A DNA stretch of 64,000 nucleotides from assembly GCF_006345805.1 (NCBI RefSeq), contig NC_043002.1:54870001-54934000 (forward strand), written 5' to 3'. The position numbers were made by a program, and so were the translations under genes. The notes under the pieces were generated by a model. It made no database searches and was not told the DNA's origin. It saw nothing but the letters and a program-made list of their open reading frames with translations. Numbering within the stretch: the stretch's first letter is position 1; each line of letters opens with the position of its first letter. This document shows, in pieces, positions 50,394 to 63,949 of this stretch. This stretch comes from Octopus sinensis. Lineage: Eukaryota.

Positions 50394-53103
50394 TTTGAAA
50401 ACAGTAAAGGACTGAGGAGTAAAAATGATGTTATATAGGGGCGGATGGGGGTGGTGGTGCTGAGTAGCATGTGTTCCCCTTCAAGAAAAGAAATGCGCCC
50501 TTCTAAATAATGTTACTACGCCCTTTTCTCTTTTAATTGTATTCCTTTCTGACCTTGTGCCCTCCCTTCGAATATTCCTGGGACCGGCCCTGGTTATCTG
50601 TACTCTTTCCTTTCTCTCTCTGTGTGTGTGTGTGTGTGTATGAAAAGAGAGTGAGAGAGAGATGGTTACGGGATACGAACCAGTTTTGATTCGACTGATT
50701 TTTTTTTACATTCGATGACGATCAAAAATTGGGACATCGTTCACTGTCGACGAGGTGAATGCCTTGGTCCGTGTATAAATTTCTAGTGTTGTTGTTGTTG
50801 TTATCTTTATGCGTTAGGTTAGGCTGACCCGTTCAAACCGGAGCTACAACACCCTGTAACAATGACAAGTAAGAACAATAGTGAATGAGCCTGAGGTGTG
50901 GCTGCTAAAAAAATCTATTTGGAAACCTAACTTTTAATGTACAATTTCTATGTTGTCAAATATGCGTTGAGGCATTTATTCACACACACACACGCTCATA
51001 TACACACACTCTCATATGCACACGCACACACACTCACACGCACACGCACACACACTCACACATATTATACATGCATACTCACGTACACATACACACACAT
51101 TCTTTCCCTCTCTCTCCTATATACACACACATACACATACTCGTACGCACGCGCGCGCATACACACATACTTCTTCACATTGATAGGCAACAACCAATTC
51201 ACAGAAATGATCAGATCTCACCAAGATACTTCTTGGTCAGTGCTTCCTTCATTTTTGTAGTCCAGGGACTCTCCTCTCCACCACCTCTTTTACTAGTCGG
51301 TGTTTAACAAACACCTCCCCTCCCCGCGTTTTAGAAAAACTCCACCAGATTATTTTAATCCACCGGAATCTACTTTGTTTGCCACAGTAATTTATTATCC
51401 ATATTTTCAACATGCCTCTTTTAATACATTTTCGTGGATTAATGGCCGCCATGTTGAATTTTTATACAACGTACTAAAGAAGGCCATGGGCCTTGATACG
51501 GTTAGAGGAAAATTCGCCGCAAAAAAAAAATTGCCAGAAAACAAAAAGATGAGCTGTTGTGTCTGGGGAGAGTCATTCTTCTTTTAGTGCCTTCCTTATA
51601 ATTTAACACACGCACCGGTGAAATTTTCACTCATTTACTGATTTATTCTTTACTAAAATTTTTGTTGCGTCTTGCAACTTTTTCAATAGTTCTTGACTCC
51701 AATCTGCGTTCTTTTTAGTTGTGCACATGAATGTGGGTCAGTGTGTGTTTGTGTGCATTCACATATATGTATGTTTGTGTGTATGCATGCATGTGTGTAT
51801 GCATGCATGTGTGTGTATGCATGCATGAGTGTATGTATGCATGTGTATGTATGCATGTGTGTGTATGTATGCATGTGTATGTATGTATATGTGTGCATGC
51901 ATGTGTGTGTATGCATGTGTATGCGTATGTATATATGTATGTATGTGTGTCCGTTTGTATGTATGTATTCTGCATATTCGTGTGTGTGTGTTTGCAACTA
52001 TGTGTGCACTTCTGTCTCCTTGTGTGTGCATGTCTGAGTGTGTCTAAAAGAGAATGGCTCTCCCCAGACACTGCAGAATATGCTTCACATAAAGAATCTT
52101 GCAAACCAAATCTAAAAACGAAAAAAAAAAAATAATAAATAAGATGAGCTGTATTCTTAAAATGGCAACTTCCTCAATTAACCTACCAATTAGAGAAAGA
52201 TAATTTCTTTAACGCATTGGCTCCTACACATGCTGCTTGTGGGTCGTAGTGGTATGTTAGCGAGCTCCGCCCGACCCACCAGCAGGTCGCTTCTTAATTT
52301 CTTTCCTAAAGGCTTTCTGAGAGCTGGAATGCTCCGATTGCTTTGATTTGTGCTTTTGCGACACGAAGAGAATTTTTTTTATAGATTTCTTATATATATA
52401 TTCGTTTTTCCTCTGATTTCACCATGTACTGAGGTAAAATAAAAGATTGAGTATTGAGAAAATTTTATTTGCCATTGAAACAAAAATAGTTCTTTTTGAA
52501 AAAATCGGTAGATTTTTCAATAGAAACAGAAGGAATGAAAAATATCTTACTTGCCATGGAAACCAAGATAGTTCTTTTTGAAAAAAATTCGAGATCTTCC
52601 ACTAAAAAATATCCCAAATTTTTAATTGACCACGGGTAGGTCGTGTGGTATCTAGGATGTGATATGAAGTAGGGTACCACATGACCCCTCCCCCCCGGTG
52701 GGACGTGAGTATCTAACAATACCTATGTGGCCCCTGCCTCACATGTGGTATAGTGTAAAAATATTACATCGCTCATGTCACAATTAAGATATCGTCTTGG
52801 GACCCTGGGATAAAATGTAAAATGAGGCTCTGGAGCCAACGTGTTAAAATCTAGTTTACAGTCTGCTTGTGAGCCTCCTTTAGAGTGAAATTTCCTGTAG
52901 CAAATTTTCCCACGGCAAAATTGTTTGTGGTGAATTTTCCGGACACGCCTTCGTACACCTTCGATCATTTTTCTGACCATTCTTAGCATCATGTCCTTCC
53001 CAGACATATTTTAATTAGGGCAAAGATTTACTCTCAGTGAAGATGCGTCACCTTGTGATTAGGAACGTCGCATTCACGATCGCAAAATATGGGTAATGTA
53101 TTC

Positions 53104-53445
53104 GGCTGTGTGGTAAGAAGCTTGCTTCCCAACCACATGGTTTCGGGTTCAGTCCCACTGCGTGGTACCTTGGGTAAATGTCTTTTACTATAGATGCAAG
53201 CCGACCAAATCCTTGAGTTGATTTAGTAGACGGAAACTGAAAGAAGACCGTCGTGTATACACACACACACACGTGTGTGTGTATTTGTTTCTTGTTTGTT
53301 TGTTCCCCATCACCGCTGTGCAACCAATGTTGGTGTGTCCACGTTCCCATAAATTAGCGGTTCGGCAGAGGAGATCGATAGAATAAGTTACAGGCATTAA
53401 AAGAAAAAGAAGTCTCCAGCATGGCCGCAGTCTAGACGAGTGAAA
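53104..53445 (+). mobile_element. SINE family A
   Basis: ggctgtgtggtaagaagcttgcttcccaaccacatgg head to ctccagcatggccgcagtc tail. Confidence 0.9.
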
Positions 53446-54758
53446 GATTTGTTTCTAAGAAAAATTACAATTCTTCGAAACACGTCGTACTCCCTTGTGA
53501 AGCATTCATCACCCCACAGCGGGTGGCGAGGGTGTAGATGGAGAGAGAGAGAAAGAGAGAAAGAGCGAGAGAGTAAACTGAGACAAGTTTCCATGGATGT
53601 CTGTGGTATGTATGTATGTAGGTAGACAGATAAATATTTCTGGAAGAAAGAGTCGTGACTTATCTTGTTACTGCGCTTCCCTTGTAAATATTTCGTTAAT
53701 TCTGCCATAATTTACCACGAAATTTATTCCGTGCATTGGGATTAGTTTTGATCGAAGTAAATCTGACCTTTGTATATTATTAAACCCCTTCCTTTCTTTC
53801 TATTTATTGTTATATTTGTTGTTTGGTTCCAGCCTTGTTGGGTAGCTACGCACAGCTTTGATTGAGTAACAGTTATGGCATGGAGGCATTGGTCGGGTGG
53901 CGAGAAAGCATAAGTATTAAGTTTGTCTTATAAGATCACAAAAGCACACGCATCTGGCCAGGGTTACTAGCATTTTCAAAAAAGAGCCGAATTAAGATAG
54001 CAAAATTTTCGTCTTAAGCTTCTTTATATTTGCATAACATGAAGGGGTCTGAGATGATTTGGCACAGCTGTTTTGGTGCCGACTATACGGCGTTGCTGAT
54101 TCGACTTGATATTAGACGTTTTAATGTTTCTTTTGTTCTCTCTCTCTCTCTCCCCTTCCCTCCCTCTCTATGTGTATATTTCTGTGCGTGCATGTATAAC
54201 TGTGTGTGTATATATTTGTGTGCATTTGCCTCCATTGCTAAAAAGTACTGTCTCCAAAACAGGTTGAATATCCTGCCAGCCGTGCCAAACCATCAGCATC
54301 CAAACAGGTGCGCCAAGTAGTTTCATTCCATGCAAAAAGTGGAACAAACGAACTATACGGAAACATACAGGACACCCACATTCCCCGGAAATATAGTCCC
54401 AAAAGATATGTAAAAAAAAAAAAACCTTGATCGATTTTCAATTGGAAATTGTTACAAGGTAGATGCCGAGATTGTAATGACTTGTAGTCAACGGCTGATG
54501 AATGGATATGGCACATCCATTTGTGCTACGCTTTTCCTGTATATTTTCTTGTTGTCCGCATGGATTGTACCTGTAATTCAAAAGGCATGGCCTCGTCTAA
54601 TGCTTTTACACACGTTAAGGGTATACGAGTCTGTGGAATACTCGGCTACTTACACGTTAGTTCAGGAGCAGGTAATTTACTTGATTGAACAACTGAAACC
54701 TCATGGTCAGGCGACGGAGATGCACGATTACGATATAAATCATGTGGCAGAAAGAAAT

Positions 54759-54806
<48 letters not shown>

Positions 54807-54983
54807 GAGAGAGAGAGAGAAAATGTTGACCACATCTTTCACCAACAATGTTTACTTCATATTTTTTGGTGTGTCCCAAATCTCTCTCCCTCCCTCTCAC
54901 ACACTCACTCTTGTAGATGGTGATGGAGAGAGAATAGTATCGACAGGAATGTGGTGATGCGAAGCTGTTACTGCTGGCAATAA

Positions 54984-55378
54984 TCCTTTCTACTAAAAGG
55001 CACAAGGCCTGAAATTTACGGGAAAGGAGTTTAATCGATTACATTGACTCCGCTGTACAACTGGTACTTATTTTAGCAACCCCGAAAGCATGAAAGGCAA
55101 AGTCGACCTCAGCGGAATTTGAACTCAGAACGCAAAAACGGAAGAAATACCTATTTCTTTACTACCCACGAGGGGCTAAACACAGAGAGGACAAACAAGG
55201 ACAGACAAACAGATTAAGTCGATTATGTCGACTCCAGTGCGTAACTGGTACTTATTTAATCGACCCCGAAAGGATGAAAGGCAAAGTCGACCTCGGCGGA
55301 ATTTGAACTCAGAACGTAACCGCAGACGAAATACTGCTAAGCATTTCGCCCGGCGTGCTGACGTTTTTGCCAGCTCGG
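54984..55378 (-). mobile_element. Dimeric SINE family B (B1 unit + headless B2 unit)
   Basis: Same junction gaaatacctatttcttta as at 36566-36585. Confidence 0.9.
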
Positions 55379-56755
55379 TGTCTCTGGCGTAAGCACAAAA
55401 GATAGAAACTTAGGAGCTGGGAAGAGTTTATCGATTGTACTATAAATGATATTTATTCTATCGATCTAAGAAGGATAAACGGCAAAGTTAACCTTAATGG
55501 TAATTCCATGGGATCTGGCAGTTCTCTTAGTTATGCGAAATATATTTCATACAGCAGAAAGGAGACTGGTGGATGAAGTGTAAAGAAGGTAGGTGCACGC
55601 TACTGCATTTAGAGTACCGTAGAAAGTATTTTGTGGCGTTCTTTGTCGAATTCAAATTCCACCAAGGGCCGACATTGCTTTTCATCCTTTAAGTGTCAAT
55701 AAAATAATAAAAGAAACCAGTGAAGTATTGGAGTCGATTTTAATCGACAGAACCCTCTTCTTTCCTCTCGATGGCGTCTGTGAGTTAGTCTTTTCTCTTT
55801 TTATTCAGGTCTTTTCTATTCAGTTTTTCTTCCCTTTTCTTTTTCTTATTTTTATTCCTAACTACACAATCTTATTCTGGTTACATTTGTATGTACAACC
55901 TCCTTTCTTGTATAACTCTCTGATCCATATTGTAATTCTGAATCGGATAACGCACACACACACACACACACACACACGCGTACACACACACACACACACA
56001 CACGCGCGCGTACACACACACACACATGTACATGCACATACGTGAACAATAATTAGCCCGTAAGCCATGTGTTTAGGGGGCACACGAAAGTATAAGTGAG
56101 TTGTATGGGTGTTTGTGTGTCTGTGAGAGAGAGAGAGAGAGAGAGGAGGGGGTGGAAGATACCCGCCTTCTCTATTTCAAAGTCAAAACGAAAGGCCTTG
56201 TGATTGTAGTGTTTTATTTTATTTTTGTTCCGACTATTTTTTTTTATTATTTCAGTCTACCCCCCCCCCAACACACACACACACTTTGCCGCCATGTTTC
56301 TATGTTTTTTTATATTTTTTAATGGTTTTTACTTGTTGTTAATGTTGCTTTTTTTTTTTCAATTCGTTCTGTCCGACACAATACAGACTCTGAATAAGAA
56401 GGATTCAACGGAGAAAGGTCAACGATGTTGATGAAATAAAGAAATGAAATGCATACGATTGGGGAATGAGAGGGAAGAGGATAGATAGATAGATAGATAG
56501 GGTAGAGAAGGAGGGAAAGGTAGAGAAAGTATGAAACGTAGAGCGACAGATAGAGAATAAGTGTCGATGTTAGACCCATTATCAGGCATTATTTGTGTAT
56601 ATCGATGCTAAACTAATTATCCAATTTTCTTATAAATAATTCTGCTCGTGCCATTTGTTGCTTCTAAGAATTTAGTCCTCACCCACCACAAATCAATAAT
56701 CTGTGTCCTTTCTACAAATGTTTGGGACACGCCTCTCTACAAGTTGTTTAAGAAT

Positions 56756-57105
56756 TTATTACTTCTGCCTTAGCGAAGGCGGAGGTATTGTTTTCAGTCG
56801 TGTTTGTTTGTTTGTCCGTGGACAGAATATCTCAAGAACCCCTGGATGAATTTTGATGAAACCTTCAGGGATGTTTGGCCTCGTGACTGTCACGAACTGA
56901 TTAGATTTTGGGGTCGATCCGGTACTGGACAAGGATTCTGGGTTATTTCCCCATTGTTTTGAATTTTTGAGAGAGGTCGGGTTCAATTTTAGTATTTTCA
57001 TTTGTGAGAATTTCAAATGTTCTCATTTTAAAATTCATCTCTGGCAAATCGTTCAGTGGACGTTAGTGTTACCTAGATGGAGGTTTGCGCTCTCTGGGTG
57101 CTCTT
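56756..57105 (+). mobile_element. Helentron-associated non-autonomous element (HINE/DINE-1-like)
   Basis: 5' ttattac.tctgcc...ggcggaggta inverted repeat, (GTTT)n, 3' ggaggtttgcgctctctgggtgc subTIR plus stem-loop; second copy at 60820-61192. Confidence 0.8.
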
Positions 57106-57121
57106 ATTATTATTTGGAATG

Positions 57122-57312
57122 TGGCGAGCTGGCAGACTTGTTAGCACGCCGGGCAAAATGTTTTCGTCCGTTTTTACGTCCCGTGTTCAATTCCGCCGAG
57201 GTCGCCTTTCATCCTTCCAAGGTCGATGAACTAAGTACCAGTCACGCACTGGAGTCGATGTAATCGGTTGTACTCTTCTACAAAAATTTCGCGCCTTGTG
57301 CTTATAATAGAA
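57122..57312 (+). mobile_element. SINE family B
   Basis: ggcgagctggcag head, gcctttcatccttcc domain. Confidence 0.85.
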
Positions 57313-57979
57313 ATCATCATCATCATTATAATACTGCTAATACTGTTTCCCTTCTTATCTGACTCGTTTATTTACGATTCTATTTTATTTTATTTTATTT
57401 TATTTAGCCATCTCTGCAATCTTGTTCAGATTTTGTATCCTTCGCTGATAACAACCTCAGCGCATTGTTGTCGTTGTTCGGTTCTGTGTGCTGAAGAAGA
57501 TAAAGCTGAGTCATCTCTGTTGTATTTCCCATAAACTGAAAACGATAAATTCGGTCAAGAGACAACATTTAAGAGCAAATATCTATATTACAAAAAAAAA
57601 AAAAAAAAAGAAAACATTTATTTGTCGTGTCACTACCGCCATATTTATCACTTTGTGTTTGTAAATCAGACCGGTTGACATCACAGACTGTGTGTAGTGA
57701 CGATGCAAACTTGAACGACACAAGTTTCATGGTCGATTTAATAAAGCACACATAAACACTTTTATGAATCTAAATAATTAAGAACCATCATTGTGCAGTA
57801 TTCAGTCAGGATTCCACAACAACTTTAGTACAAGTGCACTTGATTACACTAATTTTCGGATGCGTGTTCTTCAAAAGTTGGCTGTATTTTCTGTTTATGA
57901 CACTGAATGTGAAACTGAAATGGCAATCAGAAATGTTACATTTATAAATAAGTTTTCGTGGATATAATCCTTCGTAAAT

Positions 57980-58186
57980 AATGGTTTCAAGGCACAAAGC
58001 CAGCAATTTCGGGGGAGGCGGGTAAGAGGATTACATCGCCTCCAGTGTTCAAGTGGTCCTTATTTTATCGACCCTCGTAAAGACGAAAGGTAAAGCCGAC
58101 CATGGCAAAATTTGAACGTAAAGACGGACGAAATGCCGCTAGGCATTTTGCCCAGCATGCCAACGATTCTGCTAGCTCGCCGCCTT
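57980..58186 (-). mobile_element. SINE family B
   Basis: Ends gctcgccgcc; further decayed B copies at ~25905-26000, 34480-34790, 36836-37020, 55590-55750, 59580-59775. Confidence 0.85.
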
Positions 58187-58559
58187 AAATTCTTAGTAAA
58201 TGATAACCCAGGGTTGGTTTTAGTATATTTCTTTCTCTCTATCTGGAAGCAGACGGATTCATTTGTGTGATTGCATCATCACTATTGTAAACGTTTGCAA
58301 GCGTTGCAAGCCAGAAAGAAACCAATGACATGAGTCAGTTCCCTAAGGAGAAAAATGTACAAAAAGTATGTCATAAGAGACTGTACCTCCTTACTCAAAG
58401 ATTTCACCGAGGAATTCCCAAGGAGGAGAGTAACATGCTTCTGTTTCTGAGTAAACAAGGAACGAGCAGTGAGAGAAGATTCTGGTCTATGTGGGAGGCA
58501 CTACGTAAATAGCTAAGGGCTGTAGTATAGGAGTAGATAAAACATAGAGGTTTGTGACT

Positions 58560-58810
58560 TGAGATATTAATATGAATGTTAACGTTTGGCTCATCGTGAC
58601 CTATGCAGTAAGGCAGGGGCAGCTGGTGAGGCAGAGATGACAGGAAACAACGTAGTCGAATAGGAGCTGTACCCAGACATACAGATCTTGATGAACTCCC
58701 ACCCCACCCCAGAGAGAAAAGTGCAGGGCAGAAATCCCAATTGTTACAGGTGTAGGACTAAGGGCTACTTGAGGGAAGAAAGGAAACAGAAGCGGAAAAG
58801 GACAATAGAC
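58560..58810 (+). pseudogene. Degenerate L1/Tx1-like ORF1 (zinc-knuckle) fragment
   Basis: VQGRNPNCYRCRTKGYLREE resembles the VEGRxPxCxxCxxxGHxxxxC knuckle with H and last C lost. Confidence 0.45.
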
Positions 58811-60271
58811 AACAGCAGAGTCAGATATCACAACAGCAAGCCTCTGGGACTAACCATAGTTGGTGTTGCACTACAGGATGTCGCTGCGAGAAGACTTAGG
58901 GACCAACGAAAAAGGAGGAGGAGGGCTTGAGACAACCGAGAAGTCGTCTCCACATAAGCACCAGTTCCTTGCAACAAAAGGGAGAGAAAGGAAACTGGAG
59001 AGGTACCCCAAAACTGTCAGAAACAGCAGAAAAAAAAGCGGGCTTAGACTGGAGACTACTTTAATGGTGTTTGAACGTTTAAGGGATTGTATCCCGGAAG
59101 ATATAGAACTCCTCACGGCTCGGCTTGGGGTACAACAAATGTTGTGGCGGGCACTTTTCAAGACATCTTCAGTTCAAAATACGTCGACGGATAATACGTA
59201 TCAGACTTCTGGGGTCCATTTAATAAGCTGTTGTCTGTGTGGCAACACGTGGCTGAGTGCCAAAGGTAGGACTCCTTGTTGTTTGTCTGCCTCGTCTCAG
59301 CATCAAGACATTTGTCCCTGTTCATCAGCAGCAGCAACATTTATAATAAACATTCATTGTTTGTCAGTTTTGTGTAAGCAATCACTGTCGCTGCTTTCAT
59401 ACATTTTGGTAACGAGATGCATAGTCACGGAATGTCAGGAGGGATATTCAGTGCACACACACACACGCACATACACGCACACACACACTCGCGCGTGTGC
59501 GTGGCCAATGGTCCTTTGAGGATAGGGAAGAAGCCCCTTAAAAGAAATATGCGAAATGATTTTTTATAAAATGACTTCCACATAGGCGAAAGGGGTCTGA
59601 AATTTGGAAGAGAAGGGATTATTCGATGCTGTCAATCCTGGTATTTGAATGGTACTTTATTTTATCTGCCCCTGAAAAGATAGAAGGCAAAGTTGGCCTC
59701 GGTAAGATTCGAACGAAGAACATTAACTATCACAACTAAACACTGCTCGGTGTTATGTCCAACACTGACTTCGCCAATTCATTTTCAACAATAATATTCT
59801 CTCCTTTTTTTTACAACGGGAAAGAAGGGTTGCTGTCACGTTCATGCCGTCGCTACAACTTTTTTTGTGTGTTGATGGTTGTCGGTGGGGGTGGTGAGTG
59901 CTGTTTAGTTTCCTGGGTTTAGAAGTCTTCGGGGTGTAAATAATACGCACACACACACACACACACACATGCACACACGCAAATTATAATACAAGGAGAT
60001 GGAATGAACAGGCTTTAATCAAACTCATTACAATTGTTTCTGTACATTATTAACCTCAGCTGGTATTTGCTGAGTGTTTCGCAATATTATATACATTATT
60101 GCATTAATATGATACAACAACAGCTATGAACCTGCACGTTTTCGGGTGAATGAGTTGGAGATCTCTTCTGGATCTCTTATACTTTCCCTTAGTCTTGTAC
60201 TCATGTTCTATTTTTAGCATTCCATTGACAAAGACCAACACAAAAATGCTAAGAGATATAAATGATATATA

Positions 60272-60525
60272 AACGGAAACGGAAAAAAAAGCCCGTCGTG
60301 TACATATATACATATGTGTGTGTGTCTGTGTGTGTCCTGCATTGATACTTGACAACCTATGCTGGTTTGTTTCCGTCTCCATCAATTAGCGGTTCGGCAA
60401 AAAGAGAGCGATTTAATACGTACCGGGTTTTAAAAAAAAGTAATGGGGTCGATTCATTCGACCCAAAAAAATTCAAGAACGGTGGTCCAGCGTGGCCACA
60501 GTCTAATACTGAAACAAGTAAAAGA
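60272..60525 (+). mobile_element. SINE family A, 5'-truncated
   Basis: acggaaac...gcccgtcg...ttagcggttcggcaaaa...gaaacaagtaaaaga. Confidence 0.85.
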
Positions 60526-60567
60526 TATATATATATATATATAGTGTAATAAAAAATAAAAAAAATA

Positions 60568-60634
<67 letters not shown>

Positions 60635-60819
60635 TAAAAGATATAATGAGTGTGTCTGTGTAAAATAAAATGGTTTTTCTCTCTTCTGCTTCCTCTGCAG
60701 TGAACACAAAATTCTCAGTCTTTGAAGATAAACTCCCACTCTTTAATAAATGTGTTCACTCGTTCACCTTTCTCTTTCATACAATATATATATTATATAT
60801 ATATATATATATTACCTGA

Positions 60820-61192
60820 TTATTACCTCTGCCTTGGCGGAGGCAGAGGTATTGTTTTCAGTCGCGTTTGTTTGTTTGTTTGTCCGTGGACAAGATATCT
60901 CAAGAACCTCAGGATAGATTCGGATGAAACTTTCAGGGATGTTTGGCCTCGTGACTGGCACGAACTGATTAAATTTTGGGATCGATCCTGTACTGGACAA
61001 GGATTCTTGATTGTTTTTTATGTGTTTTTTTTACTTAACTTTTCAGAGTGGCCGGGTTCATTTTTAGTATTCTCGTTTCTGAGAGCAGTCGAGTTTATTT
61101 CAGATATTCTCATTTTAAAATTCATCTCTGGCTAATCATTGAGAGGACGTTGATGTTGCCTTGCCGGAGGTTTGCGCTCTCCGAGTGCTCTT
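60820..61192 (+). mobile_element. Helentron-associated non-autonomous element (HINE/DINE-1-like)
   Basis: acctctgcc/ggcagaggt 5' inverted repeat, (GTTT)n, 3' ggaggtttgcgctctccgagtgc; homologous to 56756-57105. Confidence 0.8.
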
Positions 61193-61209
61193 ATTAGTAT
61201 CATCACGTG

Positions 61210-61390
61210 GAGCAAAATGCATAGTCGCATTTTATCAGTTTTTACGTCTTGAGTTCAAATTCCGCCGAGGTCGTCTTTGCCTTTCATCCTTTCGGGGTCG
61301 ATAAAATAAGTACCAGTGAAACATTAGAGTCGATGTAATTGACTTGTCCTCTCCCCCAAAATGGCTGCCTTTGTGGCAAAATTTGAAGCA
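61210..61390 (+). mobile_element. SINE family B
   Basis: gagttcaaattccgccgaggtcg...gcctttcatcctttcggggtcgataaa, ends in (ATT)n. Confidence 0.9.
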
Positions 61391-61444
<54 letters not shown>

Positions 61445-61636
61445 TAAAACAGCGAGATTCGTCTTCATCCGACTTAAAGTTTCGCAGGCTTCAGGCTGAA
61501 GCCTAACTCGTTCAGCCCAGATTATTGAAGTCGGATGGAACCGAATGAAACTGTTTTAGATATATACAACTCCTACGAAATATGTTGAGTGCCTTTTTCT
61601 TTCATATGTCCATTCAGCCGTGTGTGTATGTATGTA

Positions 61637-61682
<46 letters not shown>

Positions 61683-61946
61683 CTTTATACTTTGATACTT
61701 TGATAGGTTTCGGCCATTATTGGCCCAGGCCATGTCTAACTTAATAGCACCACCTGGTGAAGTCTTTCAAGTCAGAATTTGGGCACTATGGCCCACTCAA
61801 GTAGAGAGTTATTGTATATATATATATATATATATATACATATATATATACATATATATATACATATATATATATTATATAAATTATATCATACATATAT
61901 ATATATATATACATATATATATACATATATATATATACATATATAT

Positions 61947-61977
<31 letters not shown>

Positions 61978-62049
61978 ATTATATATATATATATATATAC
62001 ATTATATATATATATATAATACATATATATATATATATATATATATAAC

Positions 62050-62084
<35 letters not shown>

Positions 62085-62211
62085 ATATACTATATATATA
62101 TTATATATATATATACATATATATATATTATATATATATATACATATATATATACATATATATATATATATAATATATATATATAAAATATTATATTATA
62201 TACATATATAA

Positions 62212-62514
62212 TCGAGACAAAACCACTATTTTAAAACCAACAAGGAAAGACTTAATCAATACATAAAATTTTAATATAAATTAAATAAACCGCCACTACA
62301 AATGTTTCATGTCTGCTCCGACAATCTTCAGGTGGATTTCGATCTTCTAATCAGTATCAAAATTTGATACTGATTAGAAGATCGAAAATCCACCTGAAGA
62401 TTGTCGGAGCAGACATGAAACATTTGTAGTGGCGGTTTATTTAATTTATATTAAAATTTTATGTATTGATTAAGTCTTTCCTTGTTTGGTTTTAAAATAG
62501 TGGTTTTGTCTCGA
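62212..62514. mobile_element. Near-perfect palindrome (family H4) with an HHR on each strand, inside (TA)n
   Basis: ~150-bp arms centred near 62362 (tatcaaaatttgata); right arm continues as an unpaired tail to ~62610. Confidence 0.9.
62390..62432 (+). ncRNA. Minimal type-I hammerhead ribozyme motif
   Basis: CCAC-CUGAAGA-U-UGUC(GGAGCA)GACA-U-GAAA-CA(UU)UG-UA-GUGG; predicted cleavage after GUA at 62428; identical mirror copy at 62293-62335 on minus strand. Confidence 0.85.
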
Positions 62515-62620
62515 ATTATATTATATAATATTTTACTATAAAATTGGATTTAACCCTAAATCTGATTTTTCCCTGTAATTTTGGATTCATTCCCTAATAT
62601 TTATTATTATATATATACAT

Positions 62621-62666
<46 letters not shown>

Positions 62667-62687
62667 CTTATTATATATATACTTATA

Positions 62688-63060
62688 CTAGCAGTATCGC
62701 CCGGCGTTGCTCGGGTTTGTAAGGGAAATAACTATAAAGCATTTTTAGAGAGTTATAGCCAAAAAATAGAAAAAAAATGATGGTAAATTTGTTTTTTAGT
62801 TAAAAAGGTCGAGTTGCGTCCCCTAGACAGTCTGTGGTTTGTGTTTCTGATTCTCGACCCCATGTCGAATTTATCGATTTTTTTCAGAACTGGGGGAACT
62901 TTTCAAAATTTTCGCTGCGTTAGTTTTGAATTATGACATTGGGCTATGTGTGTGTCAAGTTTCATCAGAATCGGTTGAAAGCCGTGGTCAGGGTGAGGGT
63001 ACAACCTAACAGACACACAGAAACACACACAGAACAAACTGCCGTTTATATATAGAGAGA
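62688..63060 (-). mobile_element. Non-autonomous Helitron
   Basis: Minus strand starts TC (tctctctatatat), ends CTAG with GC hairpin cccgagcaacgccggg just upstream; inserted between A and T. Confidence 0.85.
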
Positions 63061-63170
63061 TTTATATATATTTATATATATATATATATACATATATATT
63101 TATATACATATATATATTTATATACATATATATTTATATACATATATATATTTATATACATATATATTTA

Positions 63171-63367
63171 TATAACATACGGGGGATCAGCCATCTGAAT
63201 GTGGCTAGGGTCAGGGCGGGGTGTTGGGGGTGTTACTGATGCATTTAGCCCCAGGCGAACATCAACGTCACCAGAAGGGCTGACACCATCCCTAAATGCA
63301 TCAGTAACACCCCACCACCCCGCCCTGACCCTAGCCACATTCAGATGGTGATCCCCCGTATGTTATA
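63171..63367. repeat. GC-rich inverted repeat, ~77-bp arms, 43-nt loop, inside (TA)n
   Basis: tataacatacgggggatca...ctgatgcatttag / ctaaatgcatcag...tgatcccccgtatgttata. Confidence 0.9.
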
Positions 63368-63484
63368 GAGCAGTTACTGTTTATATCTCGCTCAGAGATT
63401 TATTATTGTATATTATATACATATATTTTATATATATATTTATATACATATATATTTATATAATAATATTTATATACATATTAT

Positions 63485-63530
<46 letters not shown>

Positions 63531-63763
63531 TATATATATTTATATATATACATATATTATAGATATTTTATATATATATAAATTATATATACATATATAT
63601 TATATGTATATATATATATTATTATACGTGTGTGTGTGTATAATATATATGTATATATATTGTATATGTGTGTATACATATGTATATATATATTATATAT
63701 GTGTATATATGTATATATATATAATATATCATATATGTGTGGTATATATATATATTATATGTG

Positions 63764-63812
<49 letters not shown>

Positions 63813-63888
63813 AGTGTGTGTATAATATATATATATATTTATACGTGTGTGTGTGTGTGTGTATAATATATATGTATATGTATATATA

Positions 63889-63949
<61 letters not shown>

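Noticed and set aside
54495-54525. CTGATGA followed by a 6-bp hairpin
   Set aside because: No GAAA or stem III follows; lies next to a decayed SINE tail
59418-59428. miR-153-like 11-mer tgcatagtcac
   Set aside because: Match ends after 11 nt; no precursor hairpin
60020-60060. Minus-strand GAAACAATTGTA palindromic stem III-like motif
   Set aside because: No intact CUGANGA or stem II upstream
60051-60074. miR-216-like sequence taacctcagctggtatttgctgag
   Set aside because: Seed mismatch and no complementary star arm
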